From positions 1 through 64,000 of the IMG/VR virus record IMGVR_UViG_3300037521_000345: a stretch of DNA of 64,000 nt; one strand, 5' to 3'. The translations under genes were made by a program, and so were the position numbers. The DNA comes from a virus. The notes under the pieces were generated by a model, which made no database searches, was not told the DNA's origin, and saw only the letters and a program-made list of their open reading frames with translations. This document shows, in pieces, positions 1 to 10,453 of the stretch. Numbering within the stretch: the stretch's first letter is position 1; each line of letters begins with the position of its first letter.

Positions 1-534
1 TCTTTAAATAACCACTATTCAACTTTTCATATTTGAAATTATATTTTTTTGCAATTCCTTTAATATAATTTTTAGCATTAAATTTAACTCCAAATTTAGA
101 TTTCATATATTCAACTTTATCTAATAGACATGTTTCTAAAACTGTTGTTCCTTGCTTTCTTTCCATTCCAACAACTCTCATCTTATAAAACATATGTATC
201 ATTTCTTTCTCATCTGGTGTTAAACTATTATGAAAATCTCTTCTTTTTTTCTCAGCTAAAGAAATAACCTTTTTAGGTTTTTTAAGATTTATTTTACTTA
301 AGTTAATACTAACTTTATCAACCTCCACATAACCAAGAATTGAATCTGGTTTATTGATCAGTTTAAAATCTGTAGTAATTTTTACATCAGATTCTTTAAA
401 GAAAACTTTATTAGAAAAATCATAAATTTCACTTATATCTTTTATTCCAACAAATCCAAATGCACTTCCATCCCCTACTTTAAATATATCAGTTACTAAA
501 AGAGTGTTGGAAGATAAACTAATTTCTCTATCAT
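1..534 (-). CDS. hypothetical protein, partial (runs off window start)
   Basis: Manually read open frame MIEKLVYLPTLFLVTDIFKVGDG...; ATG overlaps TGA of the 531..1079 ORF (ATGA coupling). Confidence 0.7.
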
Positions 535-1079
535 GGGTTTTGGTGATTGCTGGATGCCTCCTGTTTTGCTTCGGTAGGGTTTGTGGCATTCTCTTCTTCC
601 TCCTTGTATTCTTCTAAAAATTTCGCCAGTACAACAACGGATTGTTGAAATAACTTTTTCAAATCTTTCACATTATTCTTCTCTGTTTGACTTATTATTA
701 TGTTCTTTATACTTGATAAAAAATACCCAATATCTTCATCTGATATACTTGGAAGATTTAACTTGGCACTTGGACATGTTTCTCCTGCACGAATAGGTGG
801 ATGAATCATCCCACATTCATCACATACACCTCCCATTGCCACCTGGGTGGTCGTTGTAGGGGGTGAGGTATGTGAAGGTGCAGGTGGTGTATTGACAGTA
901 ATATCAGGATTCACCTCTTTTGCTTTAATTTCTAAATCTCTTAATATCGTTTGTTGCTCTGGAGTCATTCCTGCTGGCGCTTGTCCTTGAGTTCCTTGGT
1001 TCTTCAAATCCAATGGCGGTGTGGTATACGTCTGATCATGTTCAGCATTAAATTGTTTCAATTTTTCGTCTTCGTTCAT
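531..1079 (-). CDS. hypothetical protein with CxxC-x3-H-x8-C putative Zn-binding motif
   Basis: 182 aa ORF, AGGAGG Shine-Dalgarno upstream on minus strand, CDECGMIHPPIRAGETC. Confidence 0.75.
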   Translation of the reverse strand: MNEDEKLKQFNAEHDQTYTTPPLDLKNQGTQGQAPAGMTPEQQTILRDLEIKAKEVNPDITVNTPPAPSHTSPPTTTTQVAMGGVCDECGMIHPPIRAGETCPSAKLNLPSISDEDIGYFLSSIKNIIISQTEKNNVKDLKKLFQQSVVVLAKFLEEYKEEEENATNPTEAKQEASSNHQNP

Positions 1080-1108
1080 AAAATTCCTCCTGAATATATT
1101 CTTTGTAT

Positions 1109-1116
1109 TTTGTTCT
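1109..1116 (-). promoter_or_regulatory. recurring intergenic motif B (AGAACAAA), minus strand
   Basis: TAAGAACAAAATAC on minus strand just upstream of the 531..1079 gene. Confidence 0.5.
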
Positions 1117-1141
1117 TATTAATAGGTTATAGCATCCAAAA

Positions 1142-1157
1142 CTATATATATTAATAA
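1142..1157 (+). promoter_or_regulatory. recurring phage promoter-like motif A CTATATATATTAATAA
   Basis: Identical 16-mer at 1142, 29830, 31093, 41231, all intergenic. Confidence 0.7.
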
Positions 1158-1187
1158 TAAATGAGATAGTTTCTATAATTAATTTTT

Positions 1188-1195
1188 AGAACAAA
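1188..1195 (+). promoter_or_regulatory. recurring intergenic motif B AGAACAAA
   Basis: TTAGAACAAA upstream of the helicase operon; recurs in several intergenic gaps. Confidence 0.55.
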
Positions 1196-1222
1196 CACGT
1201 TAACAATCAACAAAGGAGATAT

Positions 1223-2485
1223 ATGGGAAAACAACAAGACGATGCAAGACAGAATATATTAGATACTATTAGACATAGTGGAGTTAGTACCACAGCGAGT
1301 TCGATCTTGACTGCTAACTCCTTTGTGACTACTCTGGGTGGGTTTGCTGGAACAGGTAAAACCCACCTTATTAAAGAGTTAAGAAGAGATATCAAAAAAT
1401 ATTTTTTTAGACTGAAAATTGCATTTTGCACTTTCACAGGAAAAGCATCTTCAGTTTTAGCATCGAAATTAAATGAACCCAACCTCCTTGGTCCTAATGA
1501 TTATATTGGAACTATACATAGTCTCATCTATAAACCAAAAGTTAGATATGATAAAAAGCTAAAAATCTATATCAATGTAACTTGGGTTTTGAAAGAGAAA
1601 TATGAGATGTATTATGATCTGATAATAGTTGATGAGGCGTCAATGGTTTCAAAAGATATTTGGGATGATTTAATATCATATGATATTCCAATAATTGCTG
1701 TTGGAGATCATGGACAGTTGGGACCAGTTGCAGATGATTCATTCAATCTTATGAAAAGACCAGATCAAGTTTTAACTGATATACAAAGACAGTTAAAGGG
1801 TTCAGCAATAATTGATCTTTCAATTAAGGCGAGAAGGAGATTACCAATTCCTAACAACACAGTATTTCAAAGTGATCCTCCTGTATTGAAACTACAATGG
1901 AATAGTTCTCAATGTCAAAAAATTTGGAATGGATTAAAATTTGATAGTGAAGTAATGGCAATATGTAACTATAACATATCAAGAAATTATATTAACAGAT
2001 TGGTAAGAAAGAAACTAGAATATAAGAGGGTTGAACCTTATCCTGGTGAAAGAGTAGTGTGTCTTCAAAATAATAAGGATCTTGGAATTATGAATGGTCA
2101 AACAGGAACCGTTTATTTTTTGATGCCTGAAAAATATAAAAACACTTACAGGTTATCATTACAAGTGGATGGACAAGAGAATTATACTGAAGCATTCACT
2201 GATGGAACAACTTTTGATCAGGTCAAATATACAATATATGATGATAAAGAAAGAAGATCAATGTTATATAAATATTCACTTAAACATAATCTCTATGGTA
2301 TAAACTATTTTGATTATGCATATTGTATTTCAGTTCACAAATCACAAGGAAGTGAATGGGAAAAAATTGTATTATTTGATCAAAGAAATTCCTACCAGGA
2401 TGATGAAGCGTATGCTCGTTGGTTATACACAGGAATAACTCGAGCAAAGTCAAAGTTACTTATTGTAACTGATTTTTACTTTTAA
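1223..2485 (+). CDS. SF1B DNA helicase, Dda/RecD-like
   Basis: GFAGTGKT Walker A, VDEASM, VGDHGQL, HKSQGSEW, YTGITRAK. Confidence 0.9.
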   Translation: MGKQQDDARQNILDTIRHSGVSTTASSILTANSFVTTLGGFAGTGKTHLIKELRRDIKKYFFRLKIAFCTFTGKASSVLASKLNEPNLLGPNDYIGTIHSLIYKPKVRYDKKLKIYINVTWVLKEKYEMYYDLIIVDEASMVSKDIWDDLISYDIPIIAVGDHGQLGPVADDSFNLMKRPDQVLTDIQRQLKGSAIIDLSIKARRRLPIPNNTVFQSDPPVLKLQWNSSQCQKIWNGLKFDSEVMAICNYNISRNYINRLVRKKLEYKRVEPYPGERVVCLQNNKDLGIMNGQTGTVYFLMPEKYKNTYRLSLQVDGQENYTEAFTDGTTFDQVKYTIYDDKERRSMLYKYSLKHNLYGINYFDYAYCISVHKSQGSEWEKIVLFDQRNSYQDDEAYARWLYTGITRAKSKLLIVTDFYF

Positions 2486-2507
2486 AAAAGAAAGAGGTGA
2501 ACTGTAA

Positions 2508-2822
2508 ATGGGAACAAATACTTATAAACAAGAGCTTCAAAAGATGATGACTTACTTGATTGAAAATCAATCTGTTCTTATTAGTAAATGTTATAGAAAA
2601 ATTAAGGAAACTGATTTATTTCAACACTGCTCAAGGGCGATGTTAATGGATGAAGTATGTGATCCAGGACCTTTGTGTAGTTGTTATATGAGTCCATATT
2701 CCAAATGGCGACTTGGAGATTGTCCAATGGCAGATAAGTTTTTACAAAAAGAATATGATGCACCAAAAGAAAAAGTAAGAACTGGTCAACAAAAAGGTAA
2801 GAAAAAAAGAGGTCGTCAATAA
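2508..2822 (+). CDS. hypothetical Cys-containing protein with basic tail
   Basis: 104 aa ORF, GAGGTG SD, in operon. Confidence 0.7.
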   Translation: MGTNTYKQELQKMMTYLIENQSVLISKCYRKIKETDLFQHCSRAMLMDEVCDPGPLCSCYMSPYSKWRLGDCPMADKFLQKEYDAPKEKVRTGQQKGKKKRGRQ

Positions 2823-3007
2823 TGAGCGCACATCCATTACAAACCAACACAGAAAATTATTGTGTTAAGGAATGTAATGGATGTGTATTCTGTATAAAAA
2901 TAATTTGGTCAAAAGGTAATTTTTTTTGCGCAAGATTTTCTCGACCTGACGCTGAATGGTATATTTATCCTCCCTGTACTATGTATGAACATGAACTTAT
3001 AAATTGA
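2822..3007 (+). CDS. small Cys-rich hypothetical protein
   Basis: 61 aa, TAATG coupling, CxxCxxC-like cluster. Confidence 0.6.
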   Translation: MSAHPLQTNTENYCVKECNGCVFCIKIIWSKGNFFCARFSRPDAEWYIYPPCTMYEHELIN

Positions 3008-3069
3008 GATATTAATTTAAATAAAAGGAACAAAATAATAAATACATATTTTTATTGGAGGTCTTGTCA

Positions 3070-3471
3070 ATGAGCGAAATTTGCGGATTAATTAAACACA
3101 AATTAAATGAGTATGGATATGAAATATACGAAATAACAGAAACTTCATATAATCGAGAATTTTGTATTATGGCAGAATCGGTAATGATATTTGTCAATGA
3201 ACTTGAAAAGTCTTTAACATTATCGTTTGAATGTACTTTAGAACCAGAGAAAGTAGCACAAAGAATAATGGTTATTAATGAAATTGATGAAGTAAGTTTA
3301 GTTTATATTTCAGAATCCTATATATTTGATAAAGTAACTGAAAAATATATAGTTGGTGATCATGCTAAACAAGTAGCATGTGAAATGGAACAATCCAAAC
3401 TATTAAAGGAGATTACTAGGAAACGACTTTATTGTCATATTTTGAAAACACAGAAATGTCACGAATGTTAG
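3070..3471 (+). CDS. hypothetical protein
   Basis: ORF track 3055..3471; GGAGG SD favours ATG at 3070. Confidence 0.7.
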   Translation: MSEICGLIKHKLNEYGYEIYEITETSYNREFCIMAESVMIFVNELEKSLTLSFECTLEPEKVAQRIMVINEIDEVSLVYISESYIFDKVTEKYIVGDHAKQVACEMEQSKLLKEITRKRLYCHILKTQKCHEC

Positions 3472-3485
3472 AAAGGAGTTTGTGA

Positions 3486-4472
3486 ATGGATGAATTTTTA
3501 GATTCTGTATGGGTAGAAAAATACAGACCAAGAAGATTGAATGATCTAGTTCTTCCTGAACAGTATAGAAGAGACTTTGAAATAATGTTGGGTAAACAGA
3601 AAATTTCAAGTCTTTTATTTTCAGGACCTCCAGGAGGAGGAAAAACCACATTAGCTAGAATCATATGTTCAAAAGAAGGTGTATTACAAAATAGAAAAGA
3701 TAATCTATTAATGGCAAATGGTTCAGCTAAATCCACAAGAAGTATTCACTTCGTAGATTCTGTTATAGAACCATTCCTGAAACATCCACCTTCAAGAGAC
3801 AAATATAAAATTGTATTTATTGATGAAGCAGATAAATTAACTCCAGAAGCTTTTGATTCATTCAGAGGAATCATAGAAAAATATCAAGCAGCTTATGGAA
3901 GATTTATTTGGACTTGTAACTACATCTATAAGATTCCTGATCCAGTTCAAAGTAGATTTACAATTTATAAATTCAAACAGATTTCAAAAGAATTTATTTT
4001 TGATTATTGTAAAAATATATTGACACTGGAGAATATTAAATTTGATGACGAATCAATATACTTGATTATCAATAGTCTCTATCCAGATGTAAGAAAAATT
4101 GTTACAACAGCAGCACAATGTTCATTAGAAGGTTCGTTGAAAGTATCAGAAAAAGATGTTATAACAGCAGAGAAAGTTGCAATCTCACATATCATTGAAA
4201 TAATTAGTTTAATTGAACAAGAGAAAATTACAAGAATTGGAAGAGAAATTAAAAGTTTAAGTGATATATTATCCAAAACTGATTTGGAATATTATAGAGT
4301 TTATAATGAGCTCTTTTTTATGGATAAGATACCAATGCCTGCAAAGATAATGATCAATAGATATTCGCTGGATCATCAATCGTGTTTATCACCACAGATG
4401 CATTTCATGGCAATGGTGTTTGATATTATCAAAACATTAAGAGACTACAAATTAGCAAGGATGAAAAAATGA
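3486..4472 (+). CDS. clamp loader AAA+ subunit (RFC small / T4 gp44-like)
   Basis: WVEKYRP, GPPGGGKTT, IDEAD, SRF. Confidence 0.9.
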   Translation: MDEFLDSVWVEKYRPRRLNDLVLPEQYRRDFEIMLGKQKISSLLFSGPPGGGKTTLARIICSKEGVLQNRKDNLLMANGSAKSTRSIHFVDSVIEPFLKHPPSRDKYKIVFIDEADKLTPEAFDSFRGIIEKYQAAYGRFIWTCNYIYKIPDPVQSRFTIYKFKQISKEFIFDYCKNILTLENIKFDDESIYLIINSLYPDVRKIVTTAAQCSLEGSLKVSEKDVITAEKVAISHIIEIISLIEQEKITRIGREIKSLSDILSKTDLEYYRVYNELFFMDKIPMPAKIMINRYSLDHQSCLSPQMHFMAMVFDIIKTLRDYKLARMKK

Positions 4473-5449
4473 TTGGAATCTATCAAGATAATTTTATAGA
4501 TTATTTAAAAGATAGATTAGGAGATCATATAAAAATAACTGCCAAGAATATTATAGTTCCATGTCCTTGGTGTGAATATCAAAAAGATAAAGATCATTAT
4601 CATTTATATATAGGATTGGATATTCCAATATTCAATTGCTTTGGTCCAGTTTGTAATAAGCATGGTTTTATTGGAAAATTTGTAAGTAAAATAGAAGGAC
4701 ATGATATAACAGATAAATTTGTAAATAAAAATTCATTACAGTTAGCAGCTAAATCAAGAAAAGAATTTAGAAATGATGAACAAATAAAGAAGCTGACAAT
4801 ACCAGAAATCAATTTAGATTCTTTTCCAAATAAACATCTTTATATTCAAAAGAGATTAAAATTTGCAAATATTTCAACTAAATATATTAAAGGTTTAATT
4901 TTTGATGTTCACGAATTTTTGAATATCAATAACATTCCAATTGATGAAACTCTTGGACGATTGAGAAACTATCTACATAGCAATTTTGTTGGGTTTGTTA
5001 CAGAAAAACATTCAATGGTAATCTTTAGAAATATTGATCACTCTCAATCTATGGCGCATTATAAATTACATATACAACTAACAAATTTTTTAGACTACTA
5101 TAAATTATTAGGAAATAAAAAAGACTCTAATCAAATAGTTCTTGCTGAAGGAATATTTGATATTTATACAGAACACATATTTGATTTTCTAAACATTAAA
5201 CATGATGTTGCTTTATATGCTTCAGTTCATTCTTCAAGATATCTCTCTTTGATAAAAAGTATAGTGTTTAATGAACAGATTTTTAGACCTGATGTAGTAA
5301 TATTGTCAGATAATAATATTGATGAAAAGCAATATAAGAATCTGAAAAAATATAATCCACATTTATTTAATTCACTTAAAGTTTATTATAATAAATATGG
5401 TAAAGATTTTAATGAAACACCTGTTATACCAGAAGAGAATATCATCTAA
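4469..5449 (+). CDS. DNA primase (Zn finger + TOPRIM)
   Basis: CPWC...FNCFGPVC, AEGIFD, LSDNN, KDFNE; replication gene context. Confidence 0.75.
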   Translation: MIGIYQDNFIDYLKDRLGDHIKITAKNIIVPCPWCEYQKDKDHYHLYIGLDIPIFNCFGPVCNKHGFIGKFVSKIEGHDITDKFVNKNSLQLAAKSRKEFRNDEQIKKLTIPEINLDSFPNKHLYIQKRLKFANISTKYIKGLIFDVHEFLNINNIPIDETLGRLRNYLHSNFVGFVTEKHSMVIFRNIDHSQSMAHYKLHIQLTNFLDYYKLLGNKKDSNQIVLAEGIFDIYTEHIFDFLNIKHDVALYASVHSSRYLSLIKSIVFNEQIFRPDVVILSDNNIDEKQYKNLKKYNPHLFNSLKVYYNKYGKDFNETPVIPEENII

Positions 5450-5464
5450 AGGAGATAAATAACA

Positions 5465-5854
5465 ATGAGCTATATTCAAGAGAAATTACAGGAAGTCTTT
5501 GAAACCACAATAGAATCAGATCAAGAGTATAACGGACCAATTGATATGATTGATTATTACTCACTTTTTTGTAAAGCAGCTTCTAATGATAATTTATTTA
5601 AATTGATGGGAAATAATTTTTGTATGTTCAAGCATTTTTATGAAAAACAAGATGCAGTTATGATTATGTTTTCAATTCCAATCAATAGTCGAGAAGAAAT
5701 AGTGGGTTCAAAAAATGTGGCAGAAAGAGTTATGGAAGTAGTTGAAGCAACAGAAAAATCTTTTATAACTATTGACAGTATGAAATCTGAAGAAATAAAA
5801 GAAGATAAATTTGTATATGTAACGATGGTTAAGGTTTTGGAAGGAGGTGTTTAA
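5465..5854 (+). CDS. hypothetical protein
   Basis: 129 aa ORF with AGGAG SD. Confidence 0.7.
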   Translation: MSYIQEKLQEVFETTIESDQEYNGPIDMIDYYSLFCKAASNDNLFKLMGNNFCMFKHFYEKQDAVMIMFSIPINSREEIVGSKNVAERVMEVVEATEKSFITIDSMKSEEIKEDKFVYVTMVKVLEGGV

Positions 5855-6082
5855 ATGAATGGAAGGCGAAGTAGGTGGATTGCAAAACTTTTTATTGCTG
5901 CAGATCCAGGTTTGATTCTTTCTATGAACAGTATCTATGGAAAAGATCAGACTAAAATGCAACCAAGAAAATTGCATAGAAGAGCAAAAAGGATGTGGAG
6001 TCAACATGATCCAGCAACAAAAACTTGGGGAAAAATGTCGGACGTAAAACTAAACAAGAAAGGAATGAAAAATGACAGATAG
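5855..6082 (+). CDS. small basic hypothetical protein
   Basis: 75 aa ORF, GGAGGTG SD. Confidence 0.65.
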   Translation: MNGRRSRWIAKLFIAADPGLILSMNSIYGKDQTKMQPRKLHRRAKRMWSQHDPATKTWGKMSDVKLNKKGMKNDR

Positions 6083-6848
6083 AGCGTTAGATCTTAATCA
6101 AGAAGAATATGGAAACTTTATTAGATGTTTGAATAATTTAAAAGAGATATGTAATGACATTGATATTCGTGAGGGAATAATTCGTCAAAGAAGTAATGAT
6201 CGTTCTTGTATCTTTGAGTTTGATATGCAGAATATTTTAACAGATGTTACCATGCCCATATCTGATATTAAAAAGAAATTAGATTTATTAAAATCATTTG
6301 TAGGACAAGAAAGTGTTAAAATTGATATTCATAGAGAACAAGAAGAGTCTGAATCTTATTTTATAGTATCAGATGAATATTCATCAATTAAATTCATGTT
6401 TCCTGCAATGCAATTTATTGATAATAGTTTTATGTCACAAGCAGAACTTGATGGTGTTTTGATTGTTAATGAAGATGAACTTCTTTTAGAAACTGTATTA
6501 ACTAATTTGATAACTGATAGAATTAGAATCATCACAGACAACTTCAATTCAACTGCTATACAAGTTATATTTAATGAGGATAGAGCAACAATTCAAACTC
6601 AAACTCAATCGAAAGATCAATATGCAACTTTTATGAGAGACATACCAACTAATATTATACTTGAACCTTGTTCTGTTAATTTAGTAACGATGCTATTTAA
6701 AATGGAGCATGATACAAGGGTTTCTTTTAAAATGTATAAAGATGCTGAAAGACCTATTACAGTAAATAAACTTGAAACAAATGTTGGAGAAATTGAGGTA
6801 AAAATATTTTCAAGGTCTTCAATCATTTCACAGGAAGATGAAGAATAA
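6072..6848 (+). CDS. probable sliding clamp (gp45/PCNA-like)
   Basis: 258 aa acidic protein of clamp size near clamp loader and exonuclease; inferred from size and context. Confidence 0.5.
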   Translation: MTDRALDLNQEEYGNFIRCLNNLKEICNDIDIREGIIRQRSNDRSCIFEFDMQNILTDVTMPISDIKKKLDLLKSFVGQESVKIDIHREQEESESYFIVSDEYSSIKFMFPAMQFIDNSFMSQAELDGVLIVNEDELLLETVLTNLITDRIRIITDNFNSTAIQVIFNEDRATIQTQTQSKDQYATFMRDIPTNIILEPCSVNLVTMLFKMEHDTRVSFKMYKDAERPITVNKLETNVGEIEVKIFSRSSIISQEDEE

Positions 6849-7975
6849 TGCATCCATCAAGTCTCTTAAGCTACTATCCAACGTATAATATTTTAGATCA
6901 AATAGTTTCATATAATAGTTATAAAAAACTAAATATTTTTATTGATTTAAAAAATACATTACAAACTACTTATATGGAACATGCGATTGTTAATATAGTT
7001 GAGAATTCAAAAAATACAAGACATCTTGATACGTCAGTTTTTTCATCTGTCATTTCATTTCTAGCATTTCATAAAATGTATGCAATGAAGCGAGGAATTG
7101 ATGTTGAGTTTATTATTTTTTTTGAATCTGGAAAGTCATCTTATCATAAAAACATATCAAAAAAATATAAAATATCTAGAAAGATAGATGACTTATATGG
7201 TCTCGATAGAGTTGATAGAGAATTATTTTTTAATGTTTTAATGGCAAACTTTCGATTAATTGAAAATGCGCTTAATAAGATGCCTTCTATAAAAGTTATT
7301 CGTTTACCAGAATTAGAAGCTGACTTTATTCCTTATTATCTTTTGAGTCGTGGTCATGTTCCTGTTGATGGTTCAGTTGCTAATATAACATACTCTAATG
7401 ACCACGACTTATGGCAATGTGCTGCTGATCATTCTTATATTTATTCCAAGACTGCAAAATATAGAAAGATTATAAAAGCAGGAACTATTATGAATCTTAT
7501 ATTTAAAAAAGAAAATGATATTCCTGATATTTATGCTCCATTAGCTATGGCAGTAATAGGAGATCCAGGAGATGATATTGATGGAATTAATGGAGTTGGA
7601 CCAGTAGGTTGCCTTAAAATCTTTGATCAACTAATCGCTTTAACAGGAAGTATGGGAGATATATATAAAAAACTTCAAAACAATAAAGATCTATTTACAA
7701 CAACTCCTGCTAATGTAGTTAATAAAACATTGAAGAAGGTTGTTGAACAAGAGAATAATACAAAGGTTTTATCAAAAGCTATTAGACTCATATCATTTGA
7801 AATGCTCTCCAGAGCATTGGACGATCCAAATACAACAGAAATGTTAGATAAAAAAAGACTGATTGAAAAGAAAATGAGTGAAAAAGAAATTGCTCCTCTG
7901 GAATCTATGAAAACTGCTTTGATTAAGAATGGAGTCTTTTTAGAAGAGAGTTCAATAGATTTTTTATATATATAA
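6848..7975 (+). CDS. 5'-3' exonuclease / flap endonuclease (T4 RNase H-like)
   Basis: LEADFI, SNDHDLWQ, GDPGDDIDGINGVG helix-3-turn-helix motif. Confidence 0.85.
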   Translation: MHPSSLLSYYPTYNILDQIVSYNSYKKLNIFIDLKNTLQTTYMEHAIVNIVENSKNTRHLDTSVFSSVISFLAFHKMYAMKRGIDVEFIIFFESGKSSYHKNISKKYKISRKIDDLYGLDRVDRELFFNVLMANFRLIENALNKMPSIKVIRLPELEADFIPYYLLSRGHVPVDGSVANITYSNDHDLWQCAADHSYIYSKTAKYRKIIKAGTIMNLIFKKENDIPDIYAPLAMAVIGDPGDDIDGINGVGPVGCLKIFDQLIALTGSMGDIYKKLQNNKDLFTTTPANVVNKTLKKVVEQENNTKVLSKAIRLISFEMLSRALDDPNTTEMLDKKRLIEKKMSEKEIAPLESMKTALIKNGVFLEESSIDFLYI

Positions 7976-7990
7976 CCATAACTTTATTTT

Positions 7991-7998
7991 AGAACAAA
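7991..7998 (+). promoter_or_regulatory. recurring intergenic motif B AGAACAAA
   Basis: TTTAGAACAAA upstream of neck gene. Confidence 0.55.
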
Positions 7999-8029
7999 TT
8001 AAAAATATGGTATATATGAGGAAAAATAA

Positions 8030-8749
8030 ATGTTAAATCAATCAGATGTTTTAGATTTTGTTAAATCTAATCTAGGTTTTCCTTTCATGCATCTTGAACT
8101 AGAGGATGATCAAATAATAGATTATATAAACAAAAATACTAGAAAAACGTTCTCATATTATATCCCTCAAAAAGTAATGACCTCGTTAAATACCGTAGTT
8201 GAATCTAATAGAGTTCCCGGAAAAGCAAATGAATATTATATTACAGAACCAGATGGTTTAGAAATATTAAATGTGGTTGATATTTATACAACTTCTGGTG
8301 AACTCTATATGTTTGGTCACCCGCCTTTAGGAGTATTTTCACATGGTGAATTAAAAGAGTGGGCATTAGCTGTAAGTATGGCAATGGACACTAAAATGTT
8401 TTCTTCATTTGATTATACATTTGAATTTAGACATCCAAATATATTAAGAATCTCTCCTGTATCCTCTGCGCTTGGTTGGATTACTGTTGAGTATGAGAGG
8501 ATGCAACCAGAAGATTTAGGAGGTGTTCCAAATGATATTCAAGAAGATTTTAAAAATCTAGCTCTTGCAGATATTATGTTAGTGATTGGAAGAATTAGAA
8601 AAAGATATGGAGGAGGAACTCTTAGAACCCCCTTTGGAGAAATCCCATTAGAGAGTGATATCTTTGATGAGGGAAAAGAGTTGAGGAGGGAAATAATAGA
8701 GAAGTTGGAGAGATTGTTTATTCCCAACGTTAGAATTGATCACGGATAA
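8030..8749 (+). CDS. neck protein, T4 gp13-like
   Basis: N-terminal LGFPFMHLELEDDQI resembles gp13 LGAP..VELT.DQI; C-terminal GRIRKRYG...IFDEG. Confidence 0.65.
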   Translation: MLNQSDVLDFVKSNLGFPFMHLELEDDQIIDYINKNTRKTFSYYIPQKVMTSLNTVVESNRVPGKANEYYITEPDGLEILNVVDIYTTSGELYMFGHPPLGVFSHGELKEWALAVSMAMDTKMFSSFDYTFEFRHPNILRISPVSSALGWITVEYERMQPEDLGGVPNDIQEDFKNLALADIMLVIGRIRKRYGGGTLRTPFGEIPLESDIFDEGKELRREIIEKLERLFIPNVRIDHG

Positions 8750-8766
8750 TTTAAGGAGAAAGAAAA

Positions 8767-9144
8767 ATGAAAAAAACTGTAATATTATCAGTAATCTTTT
8801 TGTTATTATGTTCACCTGTTTTCGCAACAACGTTTGCATGGGATCAACATACAGATAATTCTGTAATAGGATATTTACTACAATGGTCTGAAACCAATAA
8901 TCCACCAGAAATTTTCAGCATGAACGTTCCTGGCATTACTTCAACTCAAAAAGAAATATCAGATAATCTTTTCAAATTGGACACACAATATGATATTTGG
9001 GTAAAAGCATATAATACTGCCGGTGAGAGTGGTAAATCAAATACAGTGAACGCAACTAGAACAGCATATACACCACCTGCTGATAATATGCCAACTCAAA
9101 CATATGATGCTCCTGGTGCAGTAATGAATTTTACCAATCAATAA
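8767..9144 (+). CDS. secreted fibronectin type III domain protein
   Basis: Signal peptide MKKTVILSVIFLLLCSPVFA; FAWD...GY...Y.IWVKAYNTAGES..SN FN3 pattern. Confidence 0.75.
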   Translation: MKKTVILSVIFLLLCSPVFATTFAWDQHTDNSVIGYLLQWSETNNPPEIFSMNVPGITSTQKEISDNLFKLDTQYDIWVKAYNTAGESGKSNTVNATRTAYTPPADNMPTQTYDAPGAVMNFTNQ

Positions 9145-9184
9145 AGTAATGAATTAGAGAGAAAGAAGAAAAGGATATTAGCTA

Positions 9185-9715
9185 ATGTCGAAAGTAAATC
9201 AAGTTATTAGAGATGAAGAAGAGTGTACAATCGAAAGGAGTTGTATATCAGATCCTAAATTTGTTGGACTTGATCTATCGTATGTTGGAACTGGTGTAAT
9301 CGTTCTTGATAGCAATGGAATAATTTTAGAACAAAAACTTGTAAGCACCAAATCTGAATTTGATACAGAAGAAAGAATAATTCAAATTGAAAATGAAATT
9401 AAATTTATTCCAACTATAGTTGGACTAAAAAGAGTTTGTATTGAAGGTCCTTCTTATTCAAGTGTAGGAAATCAAATGCTTCAAATGGGTGCTTTGAATT
9501 TCTTTGTTCGTATTTTTTTACGTAAAAGAAATATTGATTATAGAGTTATAGCTCCACCAACACTCAAGAAATGGGTTGCAGGAACTGGAAGAGCTGCAAA
9601 GGAAATGATGTTGCTCCACATATATAAAAGGTGGGGAATTGAGTTCAAAAATAATAATTTAGCAGATGCCTACGGATTGGCACGCATTGCAATGGAGGAA
9701 AGTCATAATGAGTAA
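9185..9715 (+). CDS. ruvC: Holliday junction resolvase, RuvC-like
   Basis: VGLDLS, CIEG, PPTLKKWVAGTGRAAK, NLADAY. Confidence 0.8.
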   Translation: MSKVNQVIRDEEECTIERSCISDPKFVGLDLSYVGTGVIVLDSNGIILEQKLVSTKSEFDTEERIIQIENEIKFIPTIVGLKRVCIEGPSYSSVGNQMLQMGALNFFVRIFLRKRNIDYRVIAPPTLKKWVAGTGRAAKEMMLLHIYKRWGIEFKNNNLADAYGLARIAMEESHNE

Positions 9716-10415
9716 AATTGATGAAGTATTACAAGAGATTTATCTAGAAATGGAACTAGAAGAGATGGATGAAATTCTAGAACAAGGGGAACTTATTCTT
9801 CAAGAAGCTACAGGGGCAGGTGCAGCTGGAATTGATCCACATATAAAAATTCTTCAAGGAAAAATTCCTCAACTGTTATCAAAACTGAAAGATGCTACTG
9901 GACCAGCTAAGGAAGCTCTTTTAAAACAACTTGCAGCAGCGAAAACTCAACTGGCAAGTCTTAAAACTGCAGCTACTGGAATGGCTAGTAAAGTAGTTTC
10001 AAAAGGTCAAAAGTTAGCAACTAAAGGTCAAGAACTGGTTGCTGGAGCTTCATCAGGACAAAAAATGGCAGTTGCTGGTGCTGCAGTTGCTGTTGCCGCT
10101 GTTGCCGCTGGTGTTGTTATGTATAAAAAGTTCTTCAGTCAAGCAGCTAAAGCTTGTAAAGGTAAAAAAGGTCCTGATAAGAAAAACTGTGTAACTAGCT
10201 TTAAAGTCAAGGGTCTACAAGCAGCTAAAGCTAAAGTTGCTGCTGGAATGGCCAAATGTAAAGATGCAAAATGTAAAGCTAAATTGCAGTCTAAAGTGCA
10301 AGGGTTTGATGCAAAGATCAACTCTATGAAAGGTAGTGTTGCAGAATCTACTATCAATCAATATGTTGGTGATTACGTTTCAGAGTTATTTCTAGAGAAT
10401 TTATCAAAAAACTAA
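9708..10415 (+). CDS. Ala/Lys-rich protein with hydrophobic segment and Cys module (possible virion protein)
   Basis: GGAGG SD supports ATG 9708; AVAGAAVAVAAVAAGVVMYKKFFSQAAKACKG module shared with 10827 ORF. Confidence 0.7.
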   Translation: MSKIDEVLQEIYLEMELEEMDEILEQGELILQEATGAGAAGIDPHIKILQGKIPQLLSKLKDATGPAKEALLKQLAAAKTQLASLKTAATGMASKVVSKGQKLATKGQELVAGASSGQKMAVAGAAVAVAAVAAGVVMYKKFFSQAAKACKGKKGPDKKNCVTSFKVKGLQAAKAKVAAGMAKCKDAKCKAKLQSKVQGFDAKINSMKGSVAESTINQYVGDYVSELFLENLSKN

Positions 10416-10453
10416 ACGAGGCAGTCTCATACGAACCTAAGAAGGGTGATACG